Shown one piece after another: positions 18,422 to 28,011 of a stretch of DNA of 64,000 nucleotides. Within the stretch, counting starts at the first letter, position 1, and every line of letters begins with the position of its first letter. The translations under genes and the position numbers were made by a program. The notes under the pieces were generated by a model. The model was not told the origin of the DNA and searched no databases. It saw only the letters and a list, made by a program, of their open reading frames with translations. The stretch is from an uncultured Bacillota bacterium (GTDB lineage: Bacteria; Bacillota; Clostridia; Christensenellales; UBA1242). Location of the stretch: positions 13,292 to 77,291 of the forward strand of contig CAMMTJ010000002.1 in the NCBI GenBank assembly GCA_946499835.1, written 5' to 3'.

Positions 18422-20008
18422 TTATTTTTTATTTACCAAATTTGCCAATTTTTCAAACTCAGCCTCTTTGTCAAGTCTTGGGAAAAGTATTCCTGGGCTT
18501 TCAAGTGTTGTGCCAGCCTTGACGCCATCAAAATTGTCCATATTTTCAAATTCACCTTTGCTGTCTATGCCAAGCGCGTTCAAAACTTTTGTTGAAGACT
18601 CTGGAAGGAATGGTTGCAAAAGTTGTGAGCCAAGTCTGATTGATTCGATAAGGTTTTTCATAACAACGGCAAGTCTATCTTTTTTGTTTTCATCTTTTGC
18701 AAGAGCCCAAGGTTCAACCTTTTGAATGTATGTGTTTGCAAGAGTAAAGATGTTGAAAATTGACATCAATGCTTTTGACACATCAAAGTTTTTCATATAT
18801 TCAAAGGTGTTGTTCACTTCTGCAAGCACTTCTTTTTGCAAGGTTACATCATCTTCTTCGGTTGCCTTTGGAGTATTAGGGAGAACAGAGCCGAAGTATT
18901 TTTTAAGCATGCTCAGTGACCTTGAAACAAGATTTCCAAAGTTGTTTGACAAATCGCTGTTAAAACGTGTGAGGAATATGTCAGTTGAATAATTTCCGTC
19001 AGAGCCAAAAGGTATTTCACGCAAAAGAATATATCTGACAGCGTCTGCGCTATAAAGAGGGATGAGAATGCGTGGATCAATGCACTCAACAGTGCCAGTA
19101 TCTTTGCTCTTTGAAAGTTTGTCTCCACCAAAAAGCATCCAGCCATGTCCATAAACTTTCTTTGGAAGAGGAAGGTCAAGAGCCATAAGAATTGCAGGCC
19201 AAATGATTGCATGGAATCTTACAATTTCCTTTCCAATCATGTGGATGTCAGCAGGCCAATATTTTTCAAACAATGTTTGGTCATCACTGCCATATCCAAG
19301 AGCGGTGATATAGTTTGAAAGCGCATCAATCCAAACATAAATTGTATGTTTTGGATCAAAGTCAACAGGCACGCCCCATTTCACAGAAGTTCTTGAAACG
19401 CAGAGGTCTGAAAGCCCTGGTTTGAGGAAGTTGTTTACCATTTCATTTACTCTGGTTTGAGGTTGCAAAAACTCAGGGTTGTTTTTATACAGGTCAAGCA
19501 GTTTGTCAGTGAAGAGCGAAAGTTTGAAAAAGTAAGCCTCTTCTTTTTGAGGTGTGACTTCTCTTCCGCAATCTGGACATTTGCCGTCAACAAGTTGGCT
19601 TTCTGTCCAAAATGCCTCACATGGAGTGCAATAAAGCCCTTCATATTCGCCTTTGTAGATATATTCCTTTTTATAAAGTTCGGTAAAGATCTTTTGCACT
19701 GCTTTTTCGTGATAGTCATCAGTCGTTCTTATGAATTTGTTGTAAGTTATGCCAAGCATTTCCCAAAGTGCTTTTGTGTCAGACACGATTTCATTGAGAT
19801 ATTCCATTTCGCTGACACCTTTTACCTTGGCAGAAAGTGAGATTTTTTGTCCATGTTCATCTGTTCCAGTCAAGAAGAAAACGTCTTTGCCCATTTTACG
19901 ATTAAATCTTGCCACAGCGTCACAGATAACGGTGGTATAGCAGTTTCCAAGTGTCATCTTTTGACTTGGATAATAAATTGGTGTGGTGATATAAAATTTT
20001 TCTTTCAT
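18422..20008 (-). CDS. metG: Methionine--tRNA ligase (short form, no C-terminal tRNA-binding domain)
   Basis: 'FYITTPIYYP', 'FLTGTDEHGQKI', zinc knuckle 'CTPCEAFW...CPDCG' and a KMSKS-type 'KLSKS'. The HIGH position reads TLGN (see findings). Confidence 0.9.
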   Translation of the reverse strand: MKEKFYITTPIYYPSQKMTLGNCYTTVICDAVARFNRKMGKDVFFLTGTDEHGQKISLSAKVKGVSEMEYLNEIVSDTKALWEMLGITYNKFIRTTDDYHEKAVQKIFTELYKKEYIYKGEYEGLYCTPCEAFWTESQLVDGKCPDCGREVTPQKEEAYFFKLSLFTDKLLDLYKNNPEFLQPQTRVNEMVNNFLKPGLSDLCVSRTSVKWGVPVDFDPKHTIYVWIDALSNYITALGYGSDDQTLFEKYWPADIHMIGKEIVRFHAIIWPAILMALDLPLPKKVYGHGWMLFGGDKLSKSKDTGTVECIDPRILIPLYSADAVRYILLREIPFGSDGNYSTDIFLTRFNSDLSNNFGNLVSRSLSMLKKYFGSVLPNTPKATEEDDVTLQKEVLAEVNNTFEYMKNFDVSKALMSIFNIFTLANTYIQKVEPWALAKDENKKDRLAVVMKNLIESIRLGSQLLQPFLPESSTKVLNALGIDSKGEFENMDNFDGVKAGTTLESPGILFPRLDKEAEFEKLANLVNKK

Positions 20009-20057
20009 CTTGTCTCCTTTATTAGTATAAAATATAATTCTTTTTTATTGTAAAAAC

Positions 20058-20087
20058 ATATTAGCACACAAGCCTCAAAAAAGTCAA
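20058..20087 (-). promoter_or_regulatory. Promoter, TTGACT-18-TAATAT with TGTG extension
   Basis: Minus strand: TTGACT (20087-20082) and TGTGCTAATAT (20068-20058). It lies upstream of metG. Confidence 0.5.
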
Positions 20088-20102
20088 CTTTATTGCTTGC
20101 AA

Positions 20103-20133
20103 AGAAAAAACAGGAAAAGCAATTTTCCTGTTT
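20103..20133 (-). terminator. Intrinsic terminator after nrdG
   Basis: Stem ACAGGAAAA / TTTTCCTGT (20110-20131), with a T-run on the minus strand. Confidence 0.75.
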
Positions 20134-20664
20134 TTAGTTTTTCTTTGGATTTTTTGTCCATCTTTCACTTTTTTCAAGCACAACTTTGCCTTCTTTAAGT
20201 GATTGTGACACATTGATTGTCCTTTGATTTTTTGACCCTTTGAATGCAAGGTCAAGGCTACGCTGACTGAGCACAAACTTTCCGTCAATAAGCACATCGA
20301 TATAGTTCAAAAGTTCACGAGCACCTTTGACTTGATCAGAGGCGAGTTGTTCAAACACAAAACCGGTATAGCAAGCAAGTTCAAGTCCCGCCTCTTTTAT
20401 CATTTTTGCAAGTGGAACAAGTGTCTTTGCTTGCACAAATGGTTCTCCACCTGAAAATGTCACTCCACTTAGAAGGGGATTTGCCTTAATTTGAGCAAAG
20501 ATTTTTTTGATGCTGGCGTTATATCCGCCCTTAAAGTCATGCGTTTGTGGATTGTGACAGCCTGGGCAGTTGTGTGGACACCCTTGTGTGAAAAGGGTGA
20601 ATCTCAGCCCAGGGCCATCAACGATTGAGTCATTGACGCAACCTGAGATACGAAGTTTTGCCAT
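20134..20664 (-). CDS. nrdG: Anaerobic ribonucleoside-triphosphate reductase activating protein (radical SAM)
   Basis: 'DSIVDGPGLRFTLFTQGCPHNCPGCHNPQT' with a CxxxCxxC cluster. It lies immediately downstream of nrdD. Confidence 0.9.
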   Translation of the reverse strand: MAKLRISGCVNDSIVDGPGLRFTLFTQGCPHNCPGCHNPQTHDFKGGYNASIKKIFAQIKANPLLSGVTFSGGEPFVQAKTLVPLAKMIKEAGLELACYTGFVFEQLASDQVKGARELLNYIDVLIDGKFVLSQRSLDLAFKGSKNQRTINVSQSLKEGKVVLEKSERWTKNPKKN

Positions 20665-20666
20665 GA

Positions 20667-23000
20667 TTATTTAAGATCCTCTGCAACTGTGTGTTTTACG
20701 CGGTCATGTTCCTCAGCGCGTTTTGCGTTGTTGAATCTGTCAAGAGTTCCTACAAGGTATCCTGTGATACGACGAATTCTTTCAAAGCCAAGATCACCTT
20801 CATCTTCTTTACGTCCGCAGTGTGGGCAGGTGTCACCGATGATACCGTTGTATCCACAAATTGGGTCGCGGTCGATTGGGTGGTTGATTGCTGCATAACC
20901 CATATTCTTTTCTTTCATATGACGAATGATTTTTTCAAATGCTTCAAGGTTTGAAGATGTGTCGCCATCAAGTTCGATATATGAAATGTGTCCACCATTG
21001 CAAAGTTCATGGAAAGGTGCTTCCAAATCAATCTTCTTTTCAGCAGAGATAGGGAAGTAAACTGGAATGTGGAATGAGTTTGTATAATAGTCTCTGTCTG
21101 TGATGCCTTTGATTTTGCCATATTTTTTTGCGTCAATCTTAACAAATCTTCCGCTAAGACCTTCGGCTGGTGTTGCGATAACTGTGAAATTAAGTTTGTA
21201 TTCTTGTGATTTTTTATCAGCATAATCTCTCATATGTTTGATGATTTCATAGCCGAGTTTCCAAGATTTTTGGCTTTGTCCATGGTGTTTGCCAGTGAGT
21301 GCAACAAGGGTTTCTGCAAGTCCAATAAATCCATAAGTAAGAGATCCGTGTTTGAGCACTTCGCTTACGCTGTCGTATGGTTTAAGTTTTTCAGAGTCAA
21401 TCCACACCCCTTGCCCCATAAGGAAAGGATAGTTGTAAACATGTTTTGATTGTTGGATAGCAAATCTGTCAAGAAGTTGTCTTGTCACAAGATCCATCAT
21501 TTTGTCAAGTGAAGCATAGAATTTTTTGATATCGCCCTTTGCTTCAATTCCAAGACGAGGAAGGTTGATTGTGGTGAATGAAAGGTTGCCTCTTCCATAA
21601 GTGATTTCTCTTGTTGGGTCATAAACATTTCCCATAACCCTTGTTCTGCAACCCATATAAGCAACTTCTGTTTCTGGGTGGCCTGGTTTGTAATATTGAA
21701 GGTTGAAAGGTGAGTCAATGAATGAGAAGTTTGGAAACATTCTCTTTGCACTTACTCTAATTGCCATTTTGAAAAGGTCATAGTTAGGGTCGCCAACATT
21801 GTAGTTGACACCTTCTTTAAGTTTGAAAATACTGATAGGGAAGATGGCTGTTTCGCCATTGCCAAGACCTTCTTCTGTTGCTCTAAGCATATTTTTTGTG
21901 ACCATTCTGCCTTCTGGTGTGGTGTCAGTGCCATAGTTGAGTGATGAGAATGGCACTTGTGCACCAGCACGAGAGTGCATTGTGTTGAGGTTATGAAGAA
22001 GTGCTTCCATTGCTTGATGTGTTGCATTGTCAGTTTCTTCATAAGCGTGTTCTTCTGCAAATTTCTTTATGGATTTGTATGCTTTTGCATCAACTTTCAT
22101 TTTATCCATAAGTGCTTTTTCTTGTTTGTCATAAGCCTTATTTCCAGCGAGTGTTGGATAAACACCTTTTTCTTTTTCTATATTTTTAAGAAGAGAGATT
22201 ATTTCATCTTCACTCTTTTTGCCGACTTTGAGATCATATGCCTTTGCAAAGTTGATGTAATAAAGTTTTTTGTATGTCTTTGCTACGCCAGGTGCACAGC
22301 CATAATCAAAGTTTGGCACACTTTGTCCACCATGTTGATCATTTTGGTTTGCTTGAATTGCAATGCAAACAAGTGAGGCATAAGTTCTTATGTCATTTGG
22401 CTCTCTGATAAAGCCGTGTCCGGTGTGGAATCCACCTTTGAAGAGTTTGATGATATCAATTTGACAGCAGGTTTCTGTCAAAGTGTAAAAGTCAAAATCA
22501 TGAATATGAATGTCACCATTTACATAGGCTTTTGCCTGATCTGGTGGCAAAATGGCGTTGAGATAATAATTTTTTGCCCCTTCTGAGCCATATTTGAGCA
22601 TAACGCCCATTGCTGTATCGCCATCAATGTTGGCATTTTCTCTTTTGATGTCCTCATCTTTGGCAGAAGAGTTTGTGATTTTGTCATAAGTTTTCATAAG
22701 ATCGGTGTTGAGCACTCTCACACGATTTCGTTTGTCACGATAGAGAATATATGCCTTTGCGACATCTTCTTGACCATGACTCATAAGAGTTTTTTCAACA
22801 ACATCTTGAATTTGTTCAACGGTAGGATTTTTCTCGTCAAATTCCTTATCAAGTCTTTCTTGAACAAATTGAGCCAGTTTTTTTGCAGTTTTGAGTTCTC
22901 TCTCACCAACAGCGTTCATTGCTTTGATGATGGCATTTTCAATTTTTGAAATGTCATAATCAACAACTCTGCCATCTCTTTTTACTATCTGTTTTACCAT
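20667..23000 (-). CDS. nrdD: Anaerobic ribonucleoside-triphosphate reductase
   Basis: N-terminal ATP-cone ('VKRDGRVVDYDISKI'), a C-terminal Zn ribbon ('CPHCG') and the glycyl-radical motif 'RRITGYLVG'. Start set at the ATG at 23000, preceded by AAGGAGGGAG, rather than at 23036. Confidence 0.93.
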   Translation of the reverse strand: MVKQIVKRDGRVVDYDISKIENAIIKAMNAVGERELKTAKKLAQFVQERLDKEFDEKNPTVEQIQDVVEKTLMSHGQEDVAKAYILYRDKRNRVRVLNTDLMKTYDKITNSSAKDEDIKRENANIDGDTAMGVMLKYGSEGAKNYYLNAILPPDQAKAYVNGDIHIHDFDFYTLTETCCQIDIIKLFKGGFHTGHGFIREPNDIRTYASLVCIAIQANQNDQHGGQSVPNFDYGCAPGVAKTYKKLYYINFAKAYDLKVGKKSEDEIISLLKNIEKEKGVYPTLAGNKAYDKQEKALMDKMKVDAKAYKSIKKFAEEHAYEETDNATHQAMEALLHNLNTMHSRAGAQVPFSSLNYGTDTTPEGRMVTKNMLRATEEGLGNGETAIFPISIFKLKEGVNYNVGDPNYDLFKMAIRVSAKRMFPNFSFIDSPFNLQYYKPGHPETEVAYMGCRTRVMGNVYDPTREITYGRGNLSFTTINLPRLGIEAKGDIKKFYASLDKMMDLVTRQLLDRFAIQQSKHVYNYPFLMGQGVWIDSEKLKPYDSVSEVLKHGSLTYGFIGLAETLVALTGKHHGQSQKSWKLGYEIIKHMRDYADKKSQEYKLNFTVIATPAEGLSGRFVKIDAKKYGKIKGITDRDYYTNSFHIPVYFPISAEKKIDLEAPFHELCNGGHISYIELDGDTSSNLEAFEKIIRHMKEKNMGYAAINHPIDRDPICGYNGIIGDTCPHCGRKEDEGDLGFERIRRITGYLVGTLDRFNNAKRAEEHDRVKHTVAEDLK

Positions 23001-23030
23001 TTTTCTCCCTCCTTGGCAAAATGTATAGTT

Positions 23031-23076
23031 ATACAATATCTAGTGTTTTTATAAGATTTTGCACAAGATGTTGTAT
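23031..23076 (-). promoter_or_regulatory. Two candidate NrdR boxes in the nrdD 5' region
   Basis: ATACAATATCTAGTGT (23031-23046) and GCACAAGATGTTGTAT (23061-23076) match my recollection of the NrdR consensus acaCwAnAtnTwGtgt at 15/16 and 14/16 positions. Centres are 30 bp apart. Both lie between the putative promoter and the start codon. Confidence 0.45.
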
Positions 23077-23099
23077 GCTTACGATACATATACTAGACT

Positions 23100-23128
23100 T
23101 TTGCAAAAAAAATGTCAACAAATTTTTC
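23100..23128 (-). promoter_or_regulatory. Candidate nrdD promoter, TTGACA-17-TAGTAT
   Basis: Minus strand: TTGACA (23128-23123), a 17-nt spacer, TAGTAT (23105-23100). Confidence 0.4.
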
Positions 23129-23160
23129 AACAATTTTTCAACAATTTTTTGAAAAAATGA
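23126..23160. repeat. Three tandem ~11-bp units, CAACAA(A)TTTTT
   Basis: Units at 23126-23137, 23138-23148 and 23149-23160. These are phased A/T tracts directly upstream (in the minus-strand sense) of the candidate nrdD -35. Confidence 0.7.
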
Positions 23161-23420
23161 GACATGGTTATTGTTATATAACGAAGCGTCTTTTGTTAGA
23201 GCAAAAGAAGTCCATTTGACAAATTCAACATTTTTAGACAAATTTTGACCTTTTGGGCTTATTTGACAATTTTTGTCTTGTCAGCATAGGAAAATGAATG
23301 TGAAAAAATGAAAGATAATGAGTTAAAATCATCTTTTTTGGCAATAACCTTGTCTAGAGAATGCTTTCAAAAAAGTTGAAAAAATTTTTATAATGGTATA
23401 TTATATCTTTTATAAAGGAG

Positions 23421-26360
23421 ATGGCTATGGGTGTTGGTTCAATGGTCGGACTTATATTAAACTTGCTTTTTGTGCTGATTTTGGTTATAGGATTTTTGCT
23501 CGGTATATGGAGAGGACTGAAAAAATCTGCCGTAAGTGCTGCTTTTTCTGTTGTGGGCGTGATTGTCGCCTTTTTTGTGACACCTCTCATCACAAACGCA
23601 ATTCTTGGCATCAGTATAAATGTTGATGGCACGCAAGTGACCCTCAATCAATATATTGTTGATCAATTAAGATCAAATCCAGATATTGCAAATCTTCTTG
23701 CAAATACTCCATCTTTTGAAAACTTTATCGCAAATGTCCCTTCGGCAGTTGCAAACACAGTGATTTTTATTGTTGTGACATTTCTTGTTGAACTTGTGTT
23801 GTATGTCCCATATCGCATTATCGCATCAGTTTGCTTAAAGCAAAAAGGACAAAAGAAATATCGTTGGTGGGGTGGTGCTGTTGGCGTTGTGAAAGCCTTT
23901 CTTGTTGCACTTTTGGTGTTTATGCCACTTTCATCACTTTCAGGGACAGTGTCAGAGGCTTTGACGCAAGAGGCTGTTTTTGTTGAAAAGAAAGATGATG
24001 ACAAAAGCACCTTTGCAGAAGGTGAGATGCAAGAAGAGCAAAATCAAGAAGGTGACAAACAAGAGGAGTCACAACAAGAAAACTCCACAATTTTGGCTGA
24101 GGTATTGCCAGCAGAGGTGATTGATGCAATTTCGGCAGTCAACAGTTCAGCCTTTGGTGTGCTTGGTGGTGCAGTTGGACTTGACAATGCTATGTTTGAT
24201 TATCTTTCAAAAGTTGACATGGAAAATGGAAATGTATATATTAGGCAAGAACTTGTCAATTATTTTGATGCTTACAATATTTTTACGCAAATTTCAAATG
24301 AAATGCAAAAAGAAAATGGAAAGAGTTTGACTCAACTCAATTTTGAAAAAATTGACAAAGTGATTGAAGGTGTGCTTAATGGTGGACTTTACAGAAGTGT
24401 GGTTGTGGAAGTTTTGACAGAAGTGATTGTTGATTATCAAAATTATTCTTTTATGCAAAATGAAACTTTTGTTGAATATTATCCACTTTTTGACAGTGTG
24501 GGATTGAGTTTGAAGACAAATTTGTCACAAAATATTGAAGGAGCAATTCAATATTTTTCAAATGATATAAAAGAAGTTTACAGTGCTTTCAAAACTCTTG
24601 CAACAAATGGTGTGCTTGATCAAATGAGAAATTTAAGTGAAGAGGAGTCAATTCTTGATATTCTCACAACAAAAGAAAATGTTGAAAGTTTAACTATTGT
24701 TGTTGATGATTTATTCTCAATGAATATGGTTAGAGATGGTGTCACTTTTGTGGCAAACAAAATGCTTTCATCACTTATAGAAGGCGTTGACGAAATTGCT
24801 GTTGATGTCAAAGATTGGACAGAAGAGAAGTGGGATCAACTTTCTTTGGACATTACAAATGTGCTTAAAAGTGCAATTTCAGTTGTTGATCAAGTGGACA
24901 TTTCACAAGTTATTGACGATCCAACATCGATTTTGGAGGATAAAGAACTTGATGTTACCTCAATTTTAACCGACCTTGGCAATCTCATCGATCAAATTCG
25001 TGGAATACAGTTATTCAAAAATGAACAAGGTCAATCGATAGTTGATAGTCTTTTGACAGACAATGGATTTACTTTGCCAAGTGCTGATGAGGTCATCTAT
25101 AACACCAATGGAGAAAAGGTGACCATTGACAGTTACACAGATCTTTTGACATTCTTTGCTCCATCATTTGAAAAAATTCAAGAGATAGGACTATTTAGTC
25201 AAATTGAAAATTCAACCGATGCCGAAACTCTTATCAAATATTTTGCAGAGCAGATCAGTCTTGATGACACATTGCTTTCAACAGTTATTTTGCCTTTGAC
25301 ACAAGTTGAACCTGCAAAAAGTTTGATCACTGATTTGTTTGTGCAAAATGTTCAATCAGACCTCATAAATTTGAGCGAGATTGAGGGTTATGATATGTGG
25401 AAGAGTGAACTTGAAAGTTTGACAAGCATTTTGACAACACTCAATCAAGAATCACCAGTTGAAGGAAAGACATATCTTGATTTTGCATTTGAAGGTGATG
25501 TATCTGGCATCCTCAACAATCTCGGCTCAAATGTGACAATAAGTCAAATTCTTTCACCAGTTTTGACTGCAAAGTCAACAGATGGACTGAAAAAACAAGT
25601 GTTCCAGACAATAGACGAAATGCTCAATGAAGTTGTTGGCACAAGTGAAAACTTTGGCGATCTTGAAAGTCTTGACTTTGACACAATCTTTATCAAAGAA
25701 GGCGGAATTGAAGATCAAACAAAAGAGATATGCAACATCTTTGAAAATGTGATTGAAATTTACAAAGATTACACAGAAGCGACAGAAGACGGCGGAAGTT
25801 ATGACCTTGCAAGCATGGATAAAACAATGCTTGGAATACTTGCTGACAGCATCAAAGCAAATGCATACAGAGTGGAAATTGCTTCTCAAAACGGAGAAGA
25901 AAATAGGCCTCAAAATAATGGAATATTTAGAACAGCGTTTGACAATTTGTATGACCAAATGCTCTCTTCATTTGAAAACGGAAATATCAGACAACTTATT
26001 GAAGGAAAAGAAATTTGGCAAATTTCATTCACAAGTCTTATGGCATCAGTTGAGGCATTTGAAGATGTCGCACAATCTGACTTTGTGAAAGAAGTTAGCG
26101 ATATCTTGACAAGCGGAAGCGATATTACGATCAGTGATGTTGAAAACCTTGTTGGAACGATCACTGAGGACACAGCACAAGAGGTTGTTGACCAAATTGA
26201 CAATCTGCTTGACAACTTGGGAGATCTTGAAGTCAAGATTGATCTGCCTTCTGTCAATGAAGAGCAGATTGACAGTGCACTTGCAAGCAACGGAGTGCTC
26301 ACAGAAAAATATCCAGATCTTGCAGACAAAATAAAGAATATTTTCAATTTTAACGCATAA
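23421..26360 (+). CDS. CvpA-like membrane domain fused to a ~780-aa highly acidic domain
   Basis: The N-terminal ~190 aa contain several TM spans and the CvpA-like 'GFLLGIWRGLKKSAVSAAFSVVGVIVAFFV'. The remainder is D/E-rich and predicted helical, with no motif I recognise. The start could be the second ATG at 23427 (AAGGAG at 23415-23420). Confidence 0.6.
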   Translation: MAMGVGSMVGLILNLLFVLILVIGFLLGIWRGLKKSAVSAAFSVVGVIVAFFVTPLITNAILGISINVDGTQVTLNQYIVDQLRSNPDIANLLANTPSFENFIANVPSAVANTVIFIVVTFLVELVLYVPYRIIASVCLKQKGQKKYRWWGGAVGVVKAFLVALLVFMPLSSLSGTVSEALTQEAVFVEKKDDDKSTFAEGEMQEEQNQEGDKQEESQQENSTILAEVLPAEVIDAISAVNSSAFGVLGGAVGLDNAMFDYLSKVDMENGNVYIRQELVNYFDAYNIFTQISNEMQKENGKSLTQLNFEKIDKVIEGVLNGGLYRSVVVEVLTEVIVDYQNYSFMQNETFVEYYPLFDSVGLSLKTNLSQNIEGAIQYFSNDIKEVYSAFKTLATNGVLDQMRNLSEEESILDILTTKENVESLTIVVDDLFSMNMVRDGVTFVANKMLSSLIEGVDEIAVDVKDWTEEKWDQLSLDITNVLKSAISVVDQVDISQVIDDPTSILEDKELDVTSILTDLGNLIDQIRGIQLFKNEQGQSIVDSLLTDNGFTLPSADEVIYNTNGEKVTIDSYTDLLTFFAPSFEKIQEIGLFSQIENSTDAETLIKYFAEQISLDDTLLSTVILPLTQVEPAKSLITDLFVQNVQSDLINLSEIEGYDMWKSELESLTSILTTLNQESPVEGKTYLDFAFEGDVSGILNNLGSNVTISQILSPVLTAKSTDGLKKQVFQTIDEMLNEVVGTSENFGDLESLDFDTIFIKEGGIEDQTKEICNIFENVIEIYKDYTEATEDGGSYDLASMDKTMLGILADSIKANAYRVEIASQNGEENRPQNNGIFRTAFDNLYDQMLSSFENGNIRQLIEGKEIWQISFTSLMASVEAFEDVAQSDFVKEVSDILTSGSDITISDVENLVGTITEDTAQEVVDQIDNLLDNLGDLEVKIDLPSVNEEQIDSALASNGVLTEKYPDLADKIKNIFNFNA

Positions 26361-26373
26361 AACAGAGGAAAAA

Positions 26374-27303
26374 ATGAATTTTGAACATAAACCGGTGCTT
26401 TTGAATGAAGTTATCGCTGGGCTTGAAATCAAGCCTGGTGGGGTTTATGTTGATTGCACTGTTGGTGGCGGAGGACATTCTTTTGAAATTGCAAAAAGAA
26501 TGGCAAATGGACATCTTTATGCTTTTGACAGAGATCAAGAGGCTATTGTTGCGAGCAAAGAAAGATTGAAAGAGTTTGACAATGTGACCTTCATTCACGA
26601 CAACTATAAAAACGCAAAAGAAGATCTTGACAATCTGGGAGTGGCAGGCGTTGATGGAGTGCTTATTGATCTTGGCGTAAGTTCTCCACAACTAGATCAT
26701 GGAGAAAGAGGCTTTTCATTTTTGCATGAAGGCAGACTTGATATGAGAATGGACAGACGTCAAAAACTTTCAGCATATGAGGTTGTCAACACTTATCCAA
26801 GAGAAAAACTTGTTGAAATCTTGTATAAATATGGAGAGGAGTCAAATGCAAAAAACATTGTCCAAAAGATAATGGAAGCAAGAGAAAAATCGCCTATTGA
26901 GACCACGACAGAACTGAAAAATATTGTGGAGAGCGCTTTTCCAAAAAAGGTGATTTATGGCAAAGGTGGAGTGAGCAAACAGACATTTCAAGCCATAAGA
27001 ATTGAGGTTAATGGAGAACTTGATGGACTTGAACAGGCGTTGTCAGACTTGGCAGGCAAATTAAGTTCAGGTGGGCGTATGGCTGTCATTTCCTTCCATT
27101 CACTTGAAGATCGAATTGTCAAGAATCTTTTCAAAAATCTTTCCACCGATTGCATATGTCCACCAAAGACACCAGTTTGCATTTGCGGACACAAGGCAAG
27201 CGTGAAACTGATAAACAAAAAACCGATAACGGCAAGCAAAGAAGAACTTGAATTTAATCCAAGGAGTTCATCAGCCAAACTTCGAATAATTGAAAAATTG
27301 TAG
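26374..27303 (+). CDS. rsmH: 16S rRNA (cytosine1402-N4)-methyltransferase
   Basis: 'HKPVLLNEVI', SAM-binding 'DCTVGGGGHS', 'DLGVSSPQLD' and 'SFHSLEDRIVK'. Confidence 0.93.
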   Translation: MNFEHKPVLLNEVIAGLEIKPGGVYVDCTVGGGGHSFEIAKRMANGHLYAFDRDQEAIVASKERLKEFDNVTFIHDNYKNAKEDLDNLGVAGVDGVLIDLGVSSPQLDHGERGFSFLHEGRLDMRMDRRQKLSAYEVVNTYPREKLVEILYKYGEESNAKNIVQKIMEAREKSPIETTTELKNIVESAFPKKVIYGKGGVSKQTFQAIRIEVNGELDGLEQALSDLAGKLSSGGRMAVISFHSLEDRIVKNLFKNLSTDCICPPKTPVCICGHKASVKLINKKPITASKEELEFNPRSSSAKLRIIEKL

Positions 27304-27334
27304 GTTATAAATTTGCAAGGGAGGTTCGTATAAT

Positions 27335-28009
27335 ATGGAAGAAGAACGCATTGTGACCTTGACAGAAAAACTTAAAGAAACAAAGACTGAAAAATTGGAA
27401 AAGATTGAAGAGTCCTCACCATCAGTGCAAACAGCACAAAACAACGTTGTGCCAGAGAAAAAGCCAGAGAAAAAGAGTGCTGTTCAATCTAAAAAATATT
27501 TCAATGCTTTTTCATCTTCATCTTTTTCAGAAGATAAAGTGGAAAAGACTGTCATTCCAGAAAAAATTGAGGCAAGGGCAGAGGGTTCTTCAATAATTGA
27601 AAAACCCAACTATGATTTCATTGAACCTTTGACAAGTGAAGAGGCAGAAAAGATTTACAAGATTGAAAAGCAGGAAAAGGCGGAGGGGAAGAGTTCAAAA
27701 TTTGGCAAAAGATTGCGTATTGCACTGTTTTCACTCGTGATGGCAGTTTGTGGCATATGGGGAATTGCAAACATCGTCAATATCAACACAGTGAAAGCAG
27801 AACTTGACTCTTTAAGCAATATTTATTACAACATCAATCTTCCTTCATACCTACGAAATCTTACTCAACTTGATGCCGTCAATCAAGATAATATGGAAAA
27901 TCTTTTCCAGACCATTCCAGAGGAGGCACAACCTCCAACTCAGATTGAGGCAAAGTCCAACTGGTTTGATAGGTTATGTGAATTTTTAGCGGGGTTGTTT
28001 GGAGGTTAA
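27335..28009 (+). CDS. Bitopic membrane protein in the ftsL position (FtsL-like, long K/E-rich N-terminal extension)
   Basis: Located between rsmH and the class B PBP. It has a single TM span (IALFSLVMAVCGIWGIANIV) followed by ~75 aa. Confidence 0.45.
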   Translation: MEEERIVTLTEKLKETKTEKLEKIEESSPSVQTAQNNVVPEKKPEKKSAVQSKKYFNAFSSSSFSEDKVEKTVIPEKIEARAEGSSIIEKPNYDFIEPLTSEEAEKIYKIEKQEKAEGKSSKFGKRLRIALFSLVMAVCGIWGIANIVNINTVKAELDSLSNIYYNINLPSYLRNLTQLDAVNQDNMENLFQTIPEEAQPPTQIEAKSNWFDRLCEFLAGLFGG

Positions 28010-28011
28010 AC

